This document shows, piece by piece, positions 5,620 to 14,234 of a stretch of DNA of 24,000 nt. A program made the translations under genes and the position numbers. The notes beneath the pieces are model-generated. The model was not told where the DNA came from. It saw only the letters and a program-made list of their open reading frames with translations, and made no database searches. The stretch is from NCBI GenBank assembly GCA_964567515.1, contig CAZMMW010000001.1, forward strand, positions 2,876 through 26,875. Direction: 5' to 3'. This DNA comes from an uncultured Gammaproteobacteria bacterium (GTDB lineage Bacteria; Patescibacteriota; Patescibacteriia; Veblenbacterales; UBA10138). Position 1 is the first letter of the stretch. The number at the start of each line of letters is the position of its first letter.

Positions 5620-7701
5620 TTAATTTTTAGCTTTTAAAATTAATGGTAATTTATCTTTAATTTCGGCCACATAGCCAATTTCTTTATCACATAACGGACA
5701 GAAGAAATATTCTCCCTCTAAATAGCCGTGTTTAGGACAAATAGAAAAAGTGGGTGTTAAAGTAAAATATGGTAAACGATAATTTTTCAATACTTTGGCA
5801 ACTAGTTTTTTGGTGGCTTCGACCGACGGCATTTTTTCTCCTAAGAAACCGTGCAAAACTGTGCCACCGGTATATTTTATTTGCAATGGTTCCTGCAACT
5901 CCAAGGCCTCAAATAAATCGTCAGTGTGATTAACTGGCAAATGAGTTGAGTTGGTATAATAAGGCGATGCCCCTTTTTCACAACAAGCCTTCTCGTTAGC
6001 CACTATAATGTCAGGATATTTTTCCTTATCGCTCTTAGCAAAACGATAAGTTGCTCCCTCGCCTGGTGTGGCTTCTAAATTATATAATTCATTATCTTCA
6101 CCCTGATATTGTTTTAGACGGTTGTCCATAAAATCCATAATCTCCAAAGCCAGATCCCTGCCGGCTTTAGTGGCTATGCCTTGATCTTTACCTAAAAAGT
6201 TTAACAGCAACTCGTTCATACCTAAAATACCAATGGTATTAAAATGGTTCTTCCAATATTCGCCAAATCTTTGTTTAATGCCACCTAGATAAATCTTGGA
6301 GTAAGGATACAAACCAACATCAGTAAATTTTTCCAGCATTTGCCTTTTAATTTGTAAACTTTTCTTAGCCACATCCATTAACCACCCTAAACGATTAATC
6401 ATTTCTTCCTTAGACTTAGATAAATAGCCAATCCTAGGTAAATTAATAGTCACTACGCCGATGGAACCAGTTAAAGGATTGGCCGCAAACAATCCACCGC
6501 CACGTTTTCGTAACTCTCTATTATCTAAACGCAAACGGCAACACATACTCCTGGCGTCATCGGGATGCATATCAGAATTAATAAAATTGGCAAAATAAGG
6601 CAAACCATATTTAGCTGTCATTTCCCAAATTTTTTCTAAAACAGGATTATCCCAATTAAAATCTTTGGAAATATTATAGGTAGGAATAGGAAAAGTAAAA
6701 ACCCTACCATTAGCATCGCCCTCCAGCATGGTTTCAGCAAAGGCCTGGTTTAACATATCCATCTCTGTTTGAAAATCCTTATACTGTTCTGCTTGTAGCA
6801 TACCTCCAATAATAACCTGCTCTTCGCCTAATGTTTTTGGCGGCACTAAATCAAATGTCAAATTAGTAAAAGGTGTCTGAAAGCCGACTCTAGTTGGCAC
6901 ATTCATATTAAAAGCAAATTCCTGCATTCCTTGTTTTACTTCTTTATAACTTAATTTATCGTAACGAATAAAAGGCGCTAACAACGTATCAAAATTAGCA
7001 AAAGCTTGTGCGCCAGCAGCTTCACCTTGCAAAGTATAAAAGAAATTTACCACTTGTCCTAAAGCTGTACGAAAGTGTTTAGGTGGCTTGCTTTGTAGTT
7101 TACCAGACACACCTCCGAAACCACGGCGTAGTAAATCCTGCAAATCCCAGCCACAACAATAAACTGCCAGAATTTGCAAATCGTGCAAATGAAAATCGGC
7201 CTGAAGATGAGCTTCACGTACTTCTGGAGGATAAATCTTATGTAACCAATAATGAGAAGAAACCGCTGAAGCAACATGATTATTTAAACCTTGTAAGGAG
7301 TAAGCCATGTTGCTGTTTTCTCTTACTAGCCAATCTAATTTATTTAAATAACCATCCATTACATCATCAGAGTTAATCAAAGACAGCATTTCTCTAAGCC
7401 GAGCGTGCTGCTCACGATATAAAATATAAGATTTGGCTGCTGTATACTGCCGATTCTTCATTAAAATCTGCTCCACAACATCTTGTACTTCCTCTACAGC
7501 GGGAATGGAACGAGGATGAAATTTATTATTTAGTTCTTCGATTACCTGATCTGCTAATTTAGCGGCGTGCTTACCGTTTTTCTCAGTAACAGCTTTAAGT
7601 GCTTTCTCTATAGCCAGTTGAATTTTTTGCTCATTAAAGTCCACCACTTGGCCATCACGTTTTCTGATTTTTTCAATTTTATTCTTCATAAAATAATTCA
7701 T
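5620..7701 (-). CDS. nrdD: Anaerobic (class III) ribonucleoside-triphosphate reductase large subunit, ending before the glycyl-radical motif
   Basis: N-terminal ATP-cone ('IRKRDGQVVDFNEQKIQLAIEKA'). Conserved 'SMCCRLRLD', 'ANPLTGSIGVVTINLPR' and 'YYTNSTHLPV'. Zn-ribbon start 'SICPKHGYLEGEYFFCPLC'. The ORF stops at TAA 5620-5622 without an RxxGY motif. Confidence 0.95.
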   Translation of the reverse strand: MNYFMKNKIEKIRKRDGQVVDFNEQKIQLAIEKALKAVTEKNGKHAAKLADQVIEELNNKFHPRSIPAVEEVQDVVEQILMKNRQYTAAKSYILYREQHARLREMLSLINSDDVMDGYLNKLDWLVRENSNMAYSLQGLNNHVASAVSSHYWLHKIYPPEVREAHLQADFHLHDLQILAVYCCGWDLQDLLRRGFGGVSGKLQSKPPKHFRTALGQVVNFFYTLQGEAAGAQAFANFDTLLAPFIRYDKLSYKEVKQGMQEFAFNMNVPTRVGFQTPFTNLTFDLVPPKTLGEEQVIIGGMLQAEQYKDFQTEMDMLNQAFAETMLEGDANGRVFTFPIPTYNISKDFNWDNPVLEKIWEMTAKYGLPYFANFINSDMHPDDARSMCCRLRLDNRELRKRGGGLFAANPLTGSIGVVTINLPRIGYLSKSKEEMINRLGWLMDVAKKSLQIKRQMLEKFTDVGLYPYSKIYLGGIKQRFGEYWKNHFNTIGILGMNELLLNFLGKDQGIATKAGRDLALEIMDFMDNRLKQYQGEDNELYNLEATPGEGATYRFAKSDKEKYPDIIVANEKACCEKGASPYYTNSTHLPVNHTDDLFEALELQEPLQIKYTGGTVLHGFLGEKMPSVEATKKLVAKVLKNYRLPYFTLTPTFSICPKHGYLEGEYFFCPLCDKEIGYVAEIKDKLPLILKAKN

Positions 7702-8189
7702 TATTTTTGTCTTTTAATAAAGGAGAAAAGTTTTCTACCCTTGCCCCCTAATTTATTTAATTCTACTAAAAAGGTCTTGGTGTCTTTAAAGGATCTGTAG
7801 ACTGAAGCAAAACGAATATAACCAATTTCGTCAAAACTTTTTAAATGCTTCATTACTATCTCGCCAATATCTTGTGAAGTAATTTCCTGTTTCCGTTTTT
7901 TTTGAATATCCCTTTCAATCTTCTGTATTAAACGCTTAAATTGCTCCTGGGTATAGGGTCTTTTTTCCAAAGAATGTTTTAAACCCTGTTCTATCTTATC
8001 CCTGTTATACGGTTCTCTCCTACCGTCTCGTTTAACTACGGCTAAATCCAATATTTCTGTTTCTTCCACCGTAGAGAAGCGAAAACCGCACTTAGAACAC
8101 TCACGGCGACGGCGAATAGTTAAACCATCGGCTGCTACGCGAGAATCATTAACCTTAGTATCATAATAATTACAAGCTGGGCAATGCAT
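7701..8189 (-). CDS. nrdR: NrdR transcriptional repressor of ribonucleotide reductase genes
   Basis: N-terminal Zn ribbon 'MHCPACNYYDTKVNDSR...CSKCGFRFSTVE', then an ATP-cone ('VVKRDGRREPYNRDKIEQGL'). Its stop overlaps the nrdD ATG by 1 nt (TAATG). Confidence 0.9.
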   Translation of the reverse strand: MHCPACNYYDTKVNDSRVAADGLTIRRRRECSKCGFRFSTVEETEILDLAVVKRDGRREPYNRDKIEQGLKHSLEKRPYTQEQFKRLIQKIERDIQKKRKQEITSQDIGEIVMKHLKSFDEIGYIRFASVYRSFKDTKTFLVELNKLGGKGRKLFSFIKRQK

Positions 8190-8306
8190 AAATAGATAGT
8201 TAACTAGGTCTCTTCTTTAATTTTCCTTGCTTTATTTAAGATTTTGGGATGTTATAGTAAACTACAGCGATTTCTTCTACTAACTCATCTTTATAAAATG
8301 TAGTTT

Positions 8307-8322
8307 CTACTATATATTGTGG
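8307..8322 (-). promoter_or_regulatory. Candidate NrdR box 1
   Basis: The - strand reads CCACAATATATAGTAG, matching 13 of 16 positions of the NrdR-box palindrome as I recall it (acaCwAtATaTwGtgt). It lies about 120 nt upstream of the nrdR ATG. Confidence 0.55.
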
Positions 8323-8339
8323 TTCTTAAATCTATCATA

Positions 8340-8355
8340 ACGCTACATATGGTGT
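8340..8355 (-). promoter_or_regulatory. Candidate NrdR box 2
   Basis: The - strand reads ACACCATATGTAGCGT, matching 13 of 16 positions of the same consensus. It starts 33 nt from box 1, about three helical turns, which is the usual tandem arrangement. Confidence 0.55.
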
Positions 8356-8537
8356 GTGTCAAAATAAATAAAAACTTAATTTTTATTGGCTTTTTTAAAT
8401 ATTTTTTAAAAAATCACATCAACTTGTGGATAAATACCCAAAATAACTTTCTCTTACTAAAGACTTTTAAATAAAGTCAAGCTATTTTAAAATTCTTAAG
8501 TTTTTAAGCGTCTTAAAATAGGAAAGATATATCAAAC

Positions 8538-8562
8538 AGACATCCGTTGGGAACGGATGTCT
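8538..8562 (-). terminator. Probable intrinsic terminator downstream of ftsZ
   Basis: Perfect 11-bp stem AGACATCCGTT (8538-8548) / AACGGATGTCT (8552-8562) with a 3-nt loop. On the - strand it is followed by GTTTGATATATCTTT, which is only moderately U-rich. Confidence 0.5.
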
Positions 8563-8638
8563 ATAAATTAAAACGAAAATTAGCTTAAATCAGTAACCAA
8601 TTAACTAATCCTTTTCTTATACTAATCTCCTCCCTCTG

Positions 8639-9841
8639 TTATTTTAATTTTTTTCTAATAAACGCCGGGACATCGTAATCATCATTATTTTTATTTATAT
8701 CTGGTATAAAATCAGTTTCTTCCTCTAAACTAACCGGCTTAATAAGCCTGTCTTTAGTCGGAATACGTTCTTTTTTATCGTCTTTTTTCTTACCCTCTGT
8801 TGTTTTATCAAATTTTAGATCAGATTTAAAGAAAGAAAGTGGTGAATAAGAAGCCATTGGTATTAGATTTGGATTGATATTTTTCTTAACTGGCTGACTA
8901 AAACCAGTGGCAATAACAGTAATCCTCATTTCATCTTTTAAATTCTCATCAATAACAGCGCCAAAAATAATTTTGGCATTGGAATCAGCCGAGGCGGTAA
9001 TAACACGAGCCGCTTCATTAACATCATACATAGATAAATCCGGACCACCGATAATAGTAAATAAGATTCCTCTAGCTCCTTCTATTGACAGTTCTAATAA
9101 AGGCGAATCTATGGCCGCTTTGGCTGCCTCAATGGCTTTATCTTCACCCTTGGCTATACCAATACCCATAAGCGCCGACCCAGCGCCAGACATAATAGCT
9201 TTCACGTCAGCAAAATCAACATTGATTAATCCCGGCACGGTGATGATATCGGAAATTCCCTGCACGCCTTGCCGTAAAATCTCATCTACATAAGAAAAGG
9301 ATTCTAATAAAGTTGTTTTCTTATCAATCAATTGTAAAAGACGATCATTAGGGATAGTAATAATAGTATCTACTTTATCCACTAATTGTTCTAATGCTTT
9401 TTCGGCTATGGATCGTCGCTGTGCGCCTTCAAAACTAAAAGGTTTGGTAATCACAGCTACGGTTAAGGCGCCTGAAGCTTGAGCTAACTCTGCCACTAAA
9501 GGACTCGCCCCTGAACCAGTACCACCACCCAAACCGCAAGTTAAAAACACCATATCAGCACCTTTTAAAGCCTCCTTAATTTCCTCCTTATTCTCCTCTG
9601 CTGCTTGAGCGCCTGTTTCTGGGTCCATACCAGCCCCTAGTCCCCTTGTAGTTTCTTGCCCGATTTGGACTTTAACCGACGCCCGTGATTGATGTAGAGC
9701 TTGAGCATCGGTATTAATAGCCACAAATTCTACTCCCCGGCTTTTAGCTGAAATCATTCTATTGATAGCCGCCCCGCCAGAACCACCTACACCGACGACC
9801 TTTATTTTAGCAAATGTTTCAATTGCTGGTTTTATTTCCAT
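8639..9841 (-). CDS. ftsZ: Cell division GTPase FtsZ
   Basis: Tubulin signature 'GGGTGSGASP', 'VVGVGGSGGAAINRM', 'NTDAQAL', and the conserved C-terminal peptide 'DYDVPAFIRKK'. Confidence 0.97.
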   Translation of the reverse strand: MEIKPAIETFAKIKVVGVGGSGGAAINRMISAKSRGVEFVAINTDAQALHQSRASVKVQIGQETTRGLGAGMDPETGAQAAEENKEEIKEALKGADMVFLTCGLGGGTGSGASPLVAELAQASGALTVAVITKPFSFEGAQRRSIAEKALEQLVDKVDTIITIPNDRLLQLIDKKTTLLESFSYVDEILRQGVQGISDIITVPGLINVDFADVKAIMSGAGSALMGIGIAKGEDKAIEAAKAAIDSPLLELSIEGARGILFTIIGGPDLSMYDVNEAARVITASADSNAKIIFGAVIDENLKDEMRITVIATGFSQPVKKNINPNLIPMASYSPLSFFKSDLKFDKTTEGKKKDDKKERIPTKDRLIKPVSLEEETDFIPDINKNNDDYDVPAFIRKKLK

Positions 9842-9854
9842 AAAATATAAAAGA

Positions 9855-11093
9855 TTAAGGGATTAAAGATTTAAACCATTGTTTAACTTTACCAGTTACT
9901 GCGCCTAGATGGGATAAATTAACTGACCAGCCAACACCACCTTTGCCCGATCTGGCCTCATAGCCCCATTTAGCTAACCCGATAGCTGTGGTAAAAGCTA
10001 TATCGTTTATTTTTTCCAAAGGACTAGCTACTTCTACCGGGTAACCTAAAGAAGCCGGCAGTCTGAATTCCTGCTTGGCTATATCTACTAAACCAGATAA
10101 TTTAGCGCCGCCACCGGTTAAAATTACTCCAGCTGGTAAACTACCAGAACGATCAATCTTAACTAACTCTTTGTCTACTAAATTAAATATTTCGATTAGC
10201 CTTGCTTCAATTATTTCTGCTAAATGTTTGCGCGATACCATTCCTTCCTCTAACGAAAGTTCTGACAAATCTATCTCCTCTCGTTTACTAATATCAGAAG
10301 CTTTGGCGTGTCCATATTCAATTTTTAATTTTTCAGCCAGATCAATAGAAGTTCTTAAGCCAATAGCAATATCGTTAGTAATATGACCAGAACCGACTGG
10401 CAAAATAGCGGCATGTAATGGATCGCCATCTTCAAATACTAATAGGCTGGTGGTAGCGCCACCAATGTTAACTAAAACTGCTCCCAACTCCCTTTGTCGC
10501 CTGATTAAAACAGCTTCAGCGTTAGCTAAAATAGCTAAAACTAAATCATCAATATCTACACCGGTGCGATAAACGCATTTTGTTAGATTTTTAATATGCG
10601 AAGTTTGCCCTTCAATGATTTGCGCTTCTACCTCTAACCTTACTCCTGTCATGCCAACCGGATCTTTAATGCCCGGTTGATTATCAACAGTAAAATTTCT
10701 AGGCAAGACGTGTAAAATTTCATAACCCGGCGGAGTAGCTACAGCTTGAGCTGCTTCTACCACCCGATCAACATCTTGTTCTTTAATTTCGCCGTCAGCT
10801 TTAGACACAGCGATAACGCCATGACTAGCTTGAGCTAAAATATGACTGCCATTAATACTCACCCAAGCGTGTTCTACGGGAGCTCCAGTCATGCGCTCTA
10901 ATTTTTCCCAAACAGAAGATATTGCTGACACGGCCTCCTCAATACTAGTTACTACCCCTTTATGAATTCCTTGAGAAAAAACTTCCGCTAAGCCAATAAC
11001 ATGGAGGTGTCCCCCTCCGTTGGCTTGAGCTACAACCGCCCGAATAGCAGTTGAACCAATATCTAAACCGGTAATTAAATCTGGTGATCTCAT
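9855..11093 (-). CDS. ftsA: Cell division protein FtsA (actin-like ATPase)
   Basis: 'GLDIGSTAIRAVV' phosphate-1 motif, 'VNIGGATTSL' and 'GVILTGGGAKLSG'. It lies immediately upstream of ftsZ with a 13-nt gap. Confidence 0.95.
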   Translation of the reverse strand: MRSPDLITGLDIGSTAIRAVVAQANGGGHLHVIGLAEVFSQGIHKGVVTSIEEAVSAISSVWEKLERMTGAPVEHAWVSINGSHILAQASHGVIAVSKADGEIKEQDVDRVVEAAQAVATPPGYEILHVLPRNFTVDNQPGIKDPVGMTGVRLEVEAQIIEGQTSHIKNLTKCVYRTGVDIDDLVLAILANAEAVLIRRQRELGAVLVNIGGATTSLLVFEDGDPLHAAILPVGSGHITNDIAIGLRTSIDLAEKLKIEYGHAKASDISKREEIDLSELSLEEGMVSRKHLAEIIEARLIEIFNLVDKELVKIDRSGSLPAGVILTGGGAKLSGLVDIAKQEFRLPASLGYPVEVASPLEKINDIAFTTAIGLAKWGYEARSGKGGVGWSVNLSHLGAVTGKVKQWFKSLIP

Positions 11094-11113
11094 AGAGTCT
11101 AATCTCTCTATAT

Positions 11114-11142
11114 ATTATAAACACCAAATCAAATACCGTAAA
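11114..11142 (-). promoter_or_regulatory. Possible sigma70-type promoter for ftsA-ftsZ
   Basis: The - strand has TTTACG (11137-11142), a 17-nt spacer, then TATAAT (11114-11119), about 20 nt upstream of the ftsA ATG. Matches like this arise easily by chance in AT-rich DNA. Confidence 0.3.
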
Positions 11143-11197
11143 GAATAGCTATTGAATAATAAAATTGTTCAGCCAGCCAAGATTGATGACTGATTTT

Positions 11198-11659
11198 TTA
11201 TTTATTACTAAGAATAAATTGTTCTAACTGATTCATCTGGCGCCATTGTTTTAAAGTCTGATGATCAAAACCTAAAAGATGAAAAGTACCGTGTATCACC
11301 AAACGATTCAATTGCTGAGCGACAGACACCCCCTCTATCCGGGCTTGTTTTTTGGCATAAGGCAGACAAATGATAATCTCACCCATCAAGGGTTGATGAT
11401 CATAAGTAAACGATAATACATCCGTCACATACCGACGGCTTCTATATTCACTATTTAATTTTCTAATAACTTTCTCATCAACTACTACTAAATTAATCCC
11501 TGCTATTTTTATTCGGCGCTTCTCCAAAGATCGTTTAATTAACACTTTAACCAACTGAAACCAATTAGTGGGTAATTTATATTTACAAGTATTAATTAAA
11601 CTAATTTTAATTTTTTTAATCTGATTTGATTTATTCATTAATCTATCATTTATTTTCAT
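11198..11659 (-). CDS. ybeY: rRNA maturation endoribonuclease YbeY
   Basis: Zn-binding motif 'HGTFHLLGFDH' (HxxxHxxxxxH) plus 'DVLSF'. Its ATG overlaps the stop of the upstream gene (ATGA at 11656-11659). Confidence 0.85.
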   Translation of the reverse strand: MKINDRLMNKSNQIKKIKISLINTCKYKLPTNWFQLVKVLIKRSLEKRRIKIAGINLVVVDEKVIRKLNSEYRSRRYVTDVLSFTYDHQPLMGEIIICLPYAKKQARIEGVSVAQQLNRLVIHGTFHLLGFDHQTLKQWRQMNQLEQFILSNK

Positions 11660-12963
11660 TCTGAATCTGTTGGTGTTAACAGCGGACTAAACACTCTATA
11701 CATCATCTTAAAAGTACTAGCGTAATCCTGTGTTTTGTGAGTACCAATATTATAACTGATATTAACCAACCTGCCTGATAATGATAAATAAAGATTAAGG
11801 CCATCAGGACTAACCGCTGTTGTTTTATTGCCAATTTTTGTCGTTGATACTTCTTCTAATCTTAAATTAGTCATCTTGGCATACCACTCTACCACATTAG
11901 TAATTACATCATGTTCCGGAAACGAAATTTGCACAAATTCATCAGTGGCGGAAACAAAACGTATTTCCTCTGGTTCCTGACCAGGAACTAACTGCCAACT
12001 AATTGGATAATAAATAGTATAATCACCATTACTACTGGTATATTTGGTAACTGCTGCGGAGTCAAATAATTTTTTACCTTCGCCATGAGCAGGATCATAA
12101 GCATTAATTACTTCCGTGCCATCAGGATAAGAATCGCCATCAGTATCTGGATTATTAATGTCCGTACCATAAATCAACTCCTCTATATCAGTTAAACCAT
12201 CGTCATCACTGTCTAAACTTAAAGGCGGAGGAGTGGTTCTAATTTTAGTAGTATCATCTGGTGTTATTTCTAAACCCTCCTCTTTATCAAATCCTGCTGG
12301 TGTGTAAAAATGTAATCCGGCAGATAATAAACCAGCTATCCCTTCCTCTAAGATAAAGGTAATTTTATAAGTTAATCCGGCCGTACTTGAGTAAATGTAA
12401 TTATTAGTATCGCCAGGATCTTTGGGCACTGGATCTAGATATACTGGTTGTTGGGGAAATTTGCTAAAATCTGCCGCTGATAAAGTCTCCGCACCAGTTA
12501 AACCCAAATTTGTCCCACTGGTACTAATAGGATATGTTCCCTTGTTTTTGTAATACAAATCTAATGCCAAACCAATCTTACCTATATCAAAATAACGCTG
12601 CTGATCCCTTTCTTTAGCGGTGGTTTGTGGCGGTGTTGGTTCTTGAGGTTGTTGCGCTACAGGAGGATTATTAACTAATGGTTGATTATTGGTCGGTTGG
12701 TTATTTTTACTATTCTGCCATAAAAAATAGCCGGCCGTACCTAAAGCCGCCACTACCAAAGAGCCCATCATTACCCAGATCCAAACCTTGCTGGACGATT
12801 TTGGTTTTTTATCCATAACAGAACCTGATGGCGTATAATCATGCACTAAGGAAGGCATGGTGTAAATTTCACCAATCGGCCGGTTGTCATCAGCCAACAG
12901 AACGGCTTGTTCAACCGTCTCCACGGCCTTTGTTGTTTCATTTTTCTTACCTAAACCAAACAT
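11656..12963 (-). CDS. Single-pass membrane protein with extracellular pseudopilin-like globular domain and TSP3-like Ca-binding repeats
   Basis: TM helix 'VWIWVMMGSLVVAALGTAGYFLW' (aa ~59-81), then a Pro/Gln/Asn linker. 'ERDQQRYFDIGKIGLALDLYYKNKGTYP ... YLDPVPKDP ... YIYSS..LTYKITFILEEG' (nt ~12298-12615) resembles the GspG/type IV pilin globular core without the N-terminal prepilin helix. 'DSDDDGLTDIEELIYGTDINNPDTDGDSYPDGTEV' lies at nt ~12088-12219. Confidence 0.75.
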   Translation of the reverse strand: MFGLGKKNETTKAVETVEQAVLLADDNRPIGEIYTMPSLVHDYTPSGSVMDKKPKSSSKVWIWVMMGSLVVAALGTAGYFLWQNSKNNQPTNNQPLVNNPPVAQQPQEPTPPQTTAKERDQQRYFDIGKIGLALDLYYKNKGTYPISTSGTNLGLTGAETLSAADFSKFPQQPVYLDPVPKDPGDTNNYIYSSTAGLTYKITFILEEGIAGLLSAGLHFYTPAGFDKEEGLEITPDDTTKIRTTPPPLSLDSDDDGLTDIEELIYGTDINNPDTDGDSYPDGTEVINAYDPAHGEGKKLFDSAAVTKYTSSNGDYTIYYPISWQLVPGQEPEEIRFVSATDEFVQISFPEHDVITNVVEWYAKMTNLRLEEVSTTKIGNKTTAVSPDGLNLYLSLSGRLVNISYNIGTHKTQDYASTFKMMYRVFSPLLTPTDSE

Positions 12964-12988
12964 AAAAATGATTACGTTATTAAAAATT

Positions 12989-14194
12989 TTATTTGCAAAT
13001 AACCTTTTCTACGGTTCCATCTGGCAAAGTGAAAGTTGATCCTACTCCTTTAGACAATACGAGAGTTGCCAAGAGATAACTCTTGAGATAAGGTTTACTC
13101 ACTAATTCCTGATTATTTTGTCCGCTAAGAGTATAATATTGATCTAAATAAGTCTTAGATATATCACAAATTACATTACGCTGTGAACCAGTTTGCAAAT
13201 CAATACCTAACCCACTTACTTGACATAAGCCACTATTAGAAGAATGAATCTGAAAATCTACATACTTATCAGGATAACGGCTGTCTACCGCCAAACTAAT
13301 CTTGGCTTGCTGACAAAGCTCAAAATTCTGTAAAAAACATTGGTAAGCTTTTACTGATGCCTCATCTGAAGAATACATATTCTCACTAGCGGAAACAAAA
13401 GCTATGGCCTTGCCACAATCTACAACAGTACTATTATCAATATCTTTAATAATATTATTAATCCCTTCCATGTTTAATTCCTGATTAGGTAACTGCAATA
13501 ACTTGGCTCCTTTGGTGGAATTATTAGGATCATAACCATGATTAATTTCTTCTCCGTCCAGGTAACCATCGCCATCAGAGTCTGGATTTAAAGGGTTAGT
13601 GTACCAAAATTTAACTTCTTCTCCGTCAGTTAAGCCGTCGCTATCAGAATCTGGATTATCCACAAACGTTCCTTGCTGTACTTCTTCTGAATCAGACAAA
13701 CCATCGCCGTCATAATCACGCGCTTCTGGCGGCATTTCATTATTAATATTAATAGAAGTATTGTTATTATTCGTCGATAGCGTAGTAGGAGTATTAGTAT
13801 TAACCTCTACTCCTTTATTTGAGGCTGATTTACTAAACCACCAATATGCCCCTGCTCCACCTGCTCCTACCACCAAAATTATAACTACTATCCACAGCCA
13901 TTTTTTACTGCCATGATCTCCCGGTTCCAACGGCATCAAAGGCGGCGGCACAGACAAATCCCGTGATATTCCAGCCATAAACGAAGGTGGTTGTGGTATT
14001 GGTGAAGGAGACGAAGATGGTGACATGGAAAATGATGAGGGTGATGATAACGGCGAAGACTGCCCGGGTGCTGCTGGAGGCGGAGTAGCTCCAGTTGGTG
14101 GAGTTGATGGTGAACGAACTGGCGCGCCAGCTTCTGTATCAGCAAAAATATCTTCAATTGGTGACTTGGGAGAGGATAATAAATTATCAAACAT
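12989..14194 (-). CDS. Single-pass membrane protein: Pro/Ser-rich cytoplasmic N-terminus, TSP3-like Ca-binding repeats, Cys-containing C-terminal domain
   Basis: Low-complexity N-terminus (aa 1-95, locally GC-rich DNA). TM helix 'WLWIVVIILVVGAGGAGAYWWF'. Three TSP3-like units 'DYDGDGLSDSEE', 'NPDSDSDGLTDGEE' and 'NPDSDGDGYLDGEEINHGYDP' at nt ~13526-13720. The C-terminal ~170 aa contain 7 Cys. Confidence 0.75.
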   Translation of the reverse strand: MFDNLLSSPKSPIEDIFADTEAGAPVRSPSTPPTGATPPPAAPGQSSPLSSPSSFSMSPSSSPSPIPQPPSFMAGISRDLSVPPPLMPLEPGDHGSKKWLWIVVIILVVGAGGAGAYWWFSKSASNKGVEVNTNTPTTLSTNNNNTSININNEMPPEARDYDGDGLSDSEEVQQGTFVDNPDSDSDGLTDGEEVKFWYTNPLNPDSDGDGYLDGEEINHGYDPNNSTKGAKLLQLPNQELNMEGINNIIKDIDNSTVVDCGKAIAFVSASENMYSSDEASVKAYQCFLQNFELCQQAKISLAVDSRYPDKYVDFQIHSSNSGLCQVSGLGIDLQTGSQRNVICDISKTYLDQYYTLSGQNNQELVSKPYLKSYLLATLVLSKGVGSTFTLPDGTVEKVICK

Positions 14195-14234
14195 ATATTA
14201 ATATTTTAATCATAAATTAAATTGTCAAGAATTA

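Noticed and set aside
5620-5622. Alternative genetic code as an explanation for the in-frame TAA in nrdD
   Set aside because: TAA terminates most of the confidently identified genes here (clpC, htrA, nrdG, nrdR, ftsZ, ftsA, ybeY and others). TGA also acts as a stop for 11656-12963 and the giant gene. The window is therefore consistent with the standard bacterial code.
8425-8433. Perfect DnaA box (TGTGGATAA, i.e. TTATCCACA on the - strand) in the 449-nt AT-rich gap between ftsZ and nrdR, raising the possibility of a replication origin
   Set aside because: I found only one perfect box, and a single 9-mer match is plausible by chance in 24 kb. There is no cluster of boxes, no dnaA/dnaN nearby, and no strand switch at this position.
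8350-8475. 41-codon + strand ORF (MVCVKINKNLIFIGFF...) in the ftsZ-nrdR intergenic region
   Set aside because: It is short and AT-rich, with a composition typical of random open frames. It overlaps the candidate NrdR box and has no motif support.
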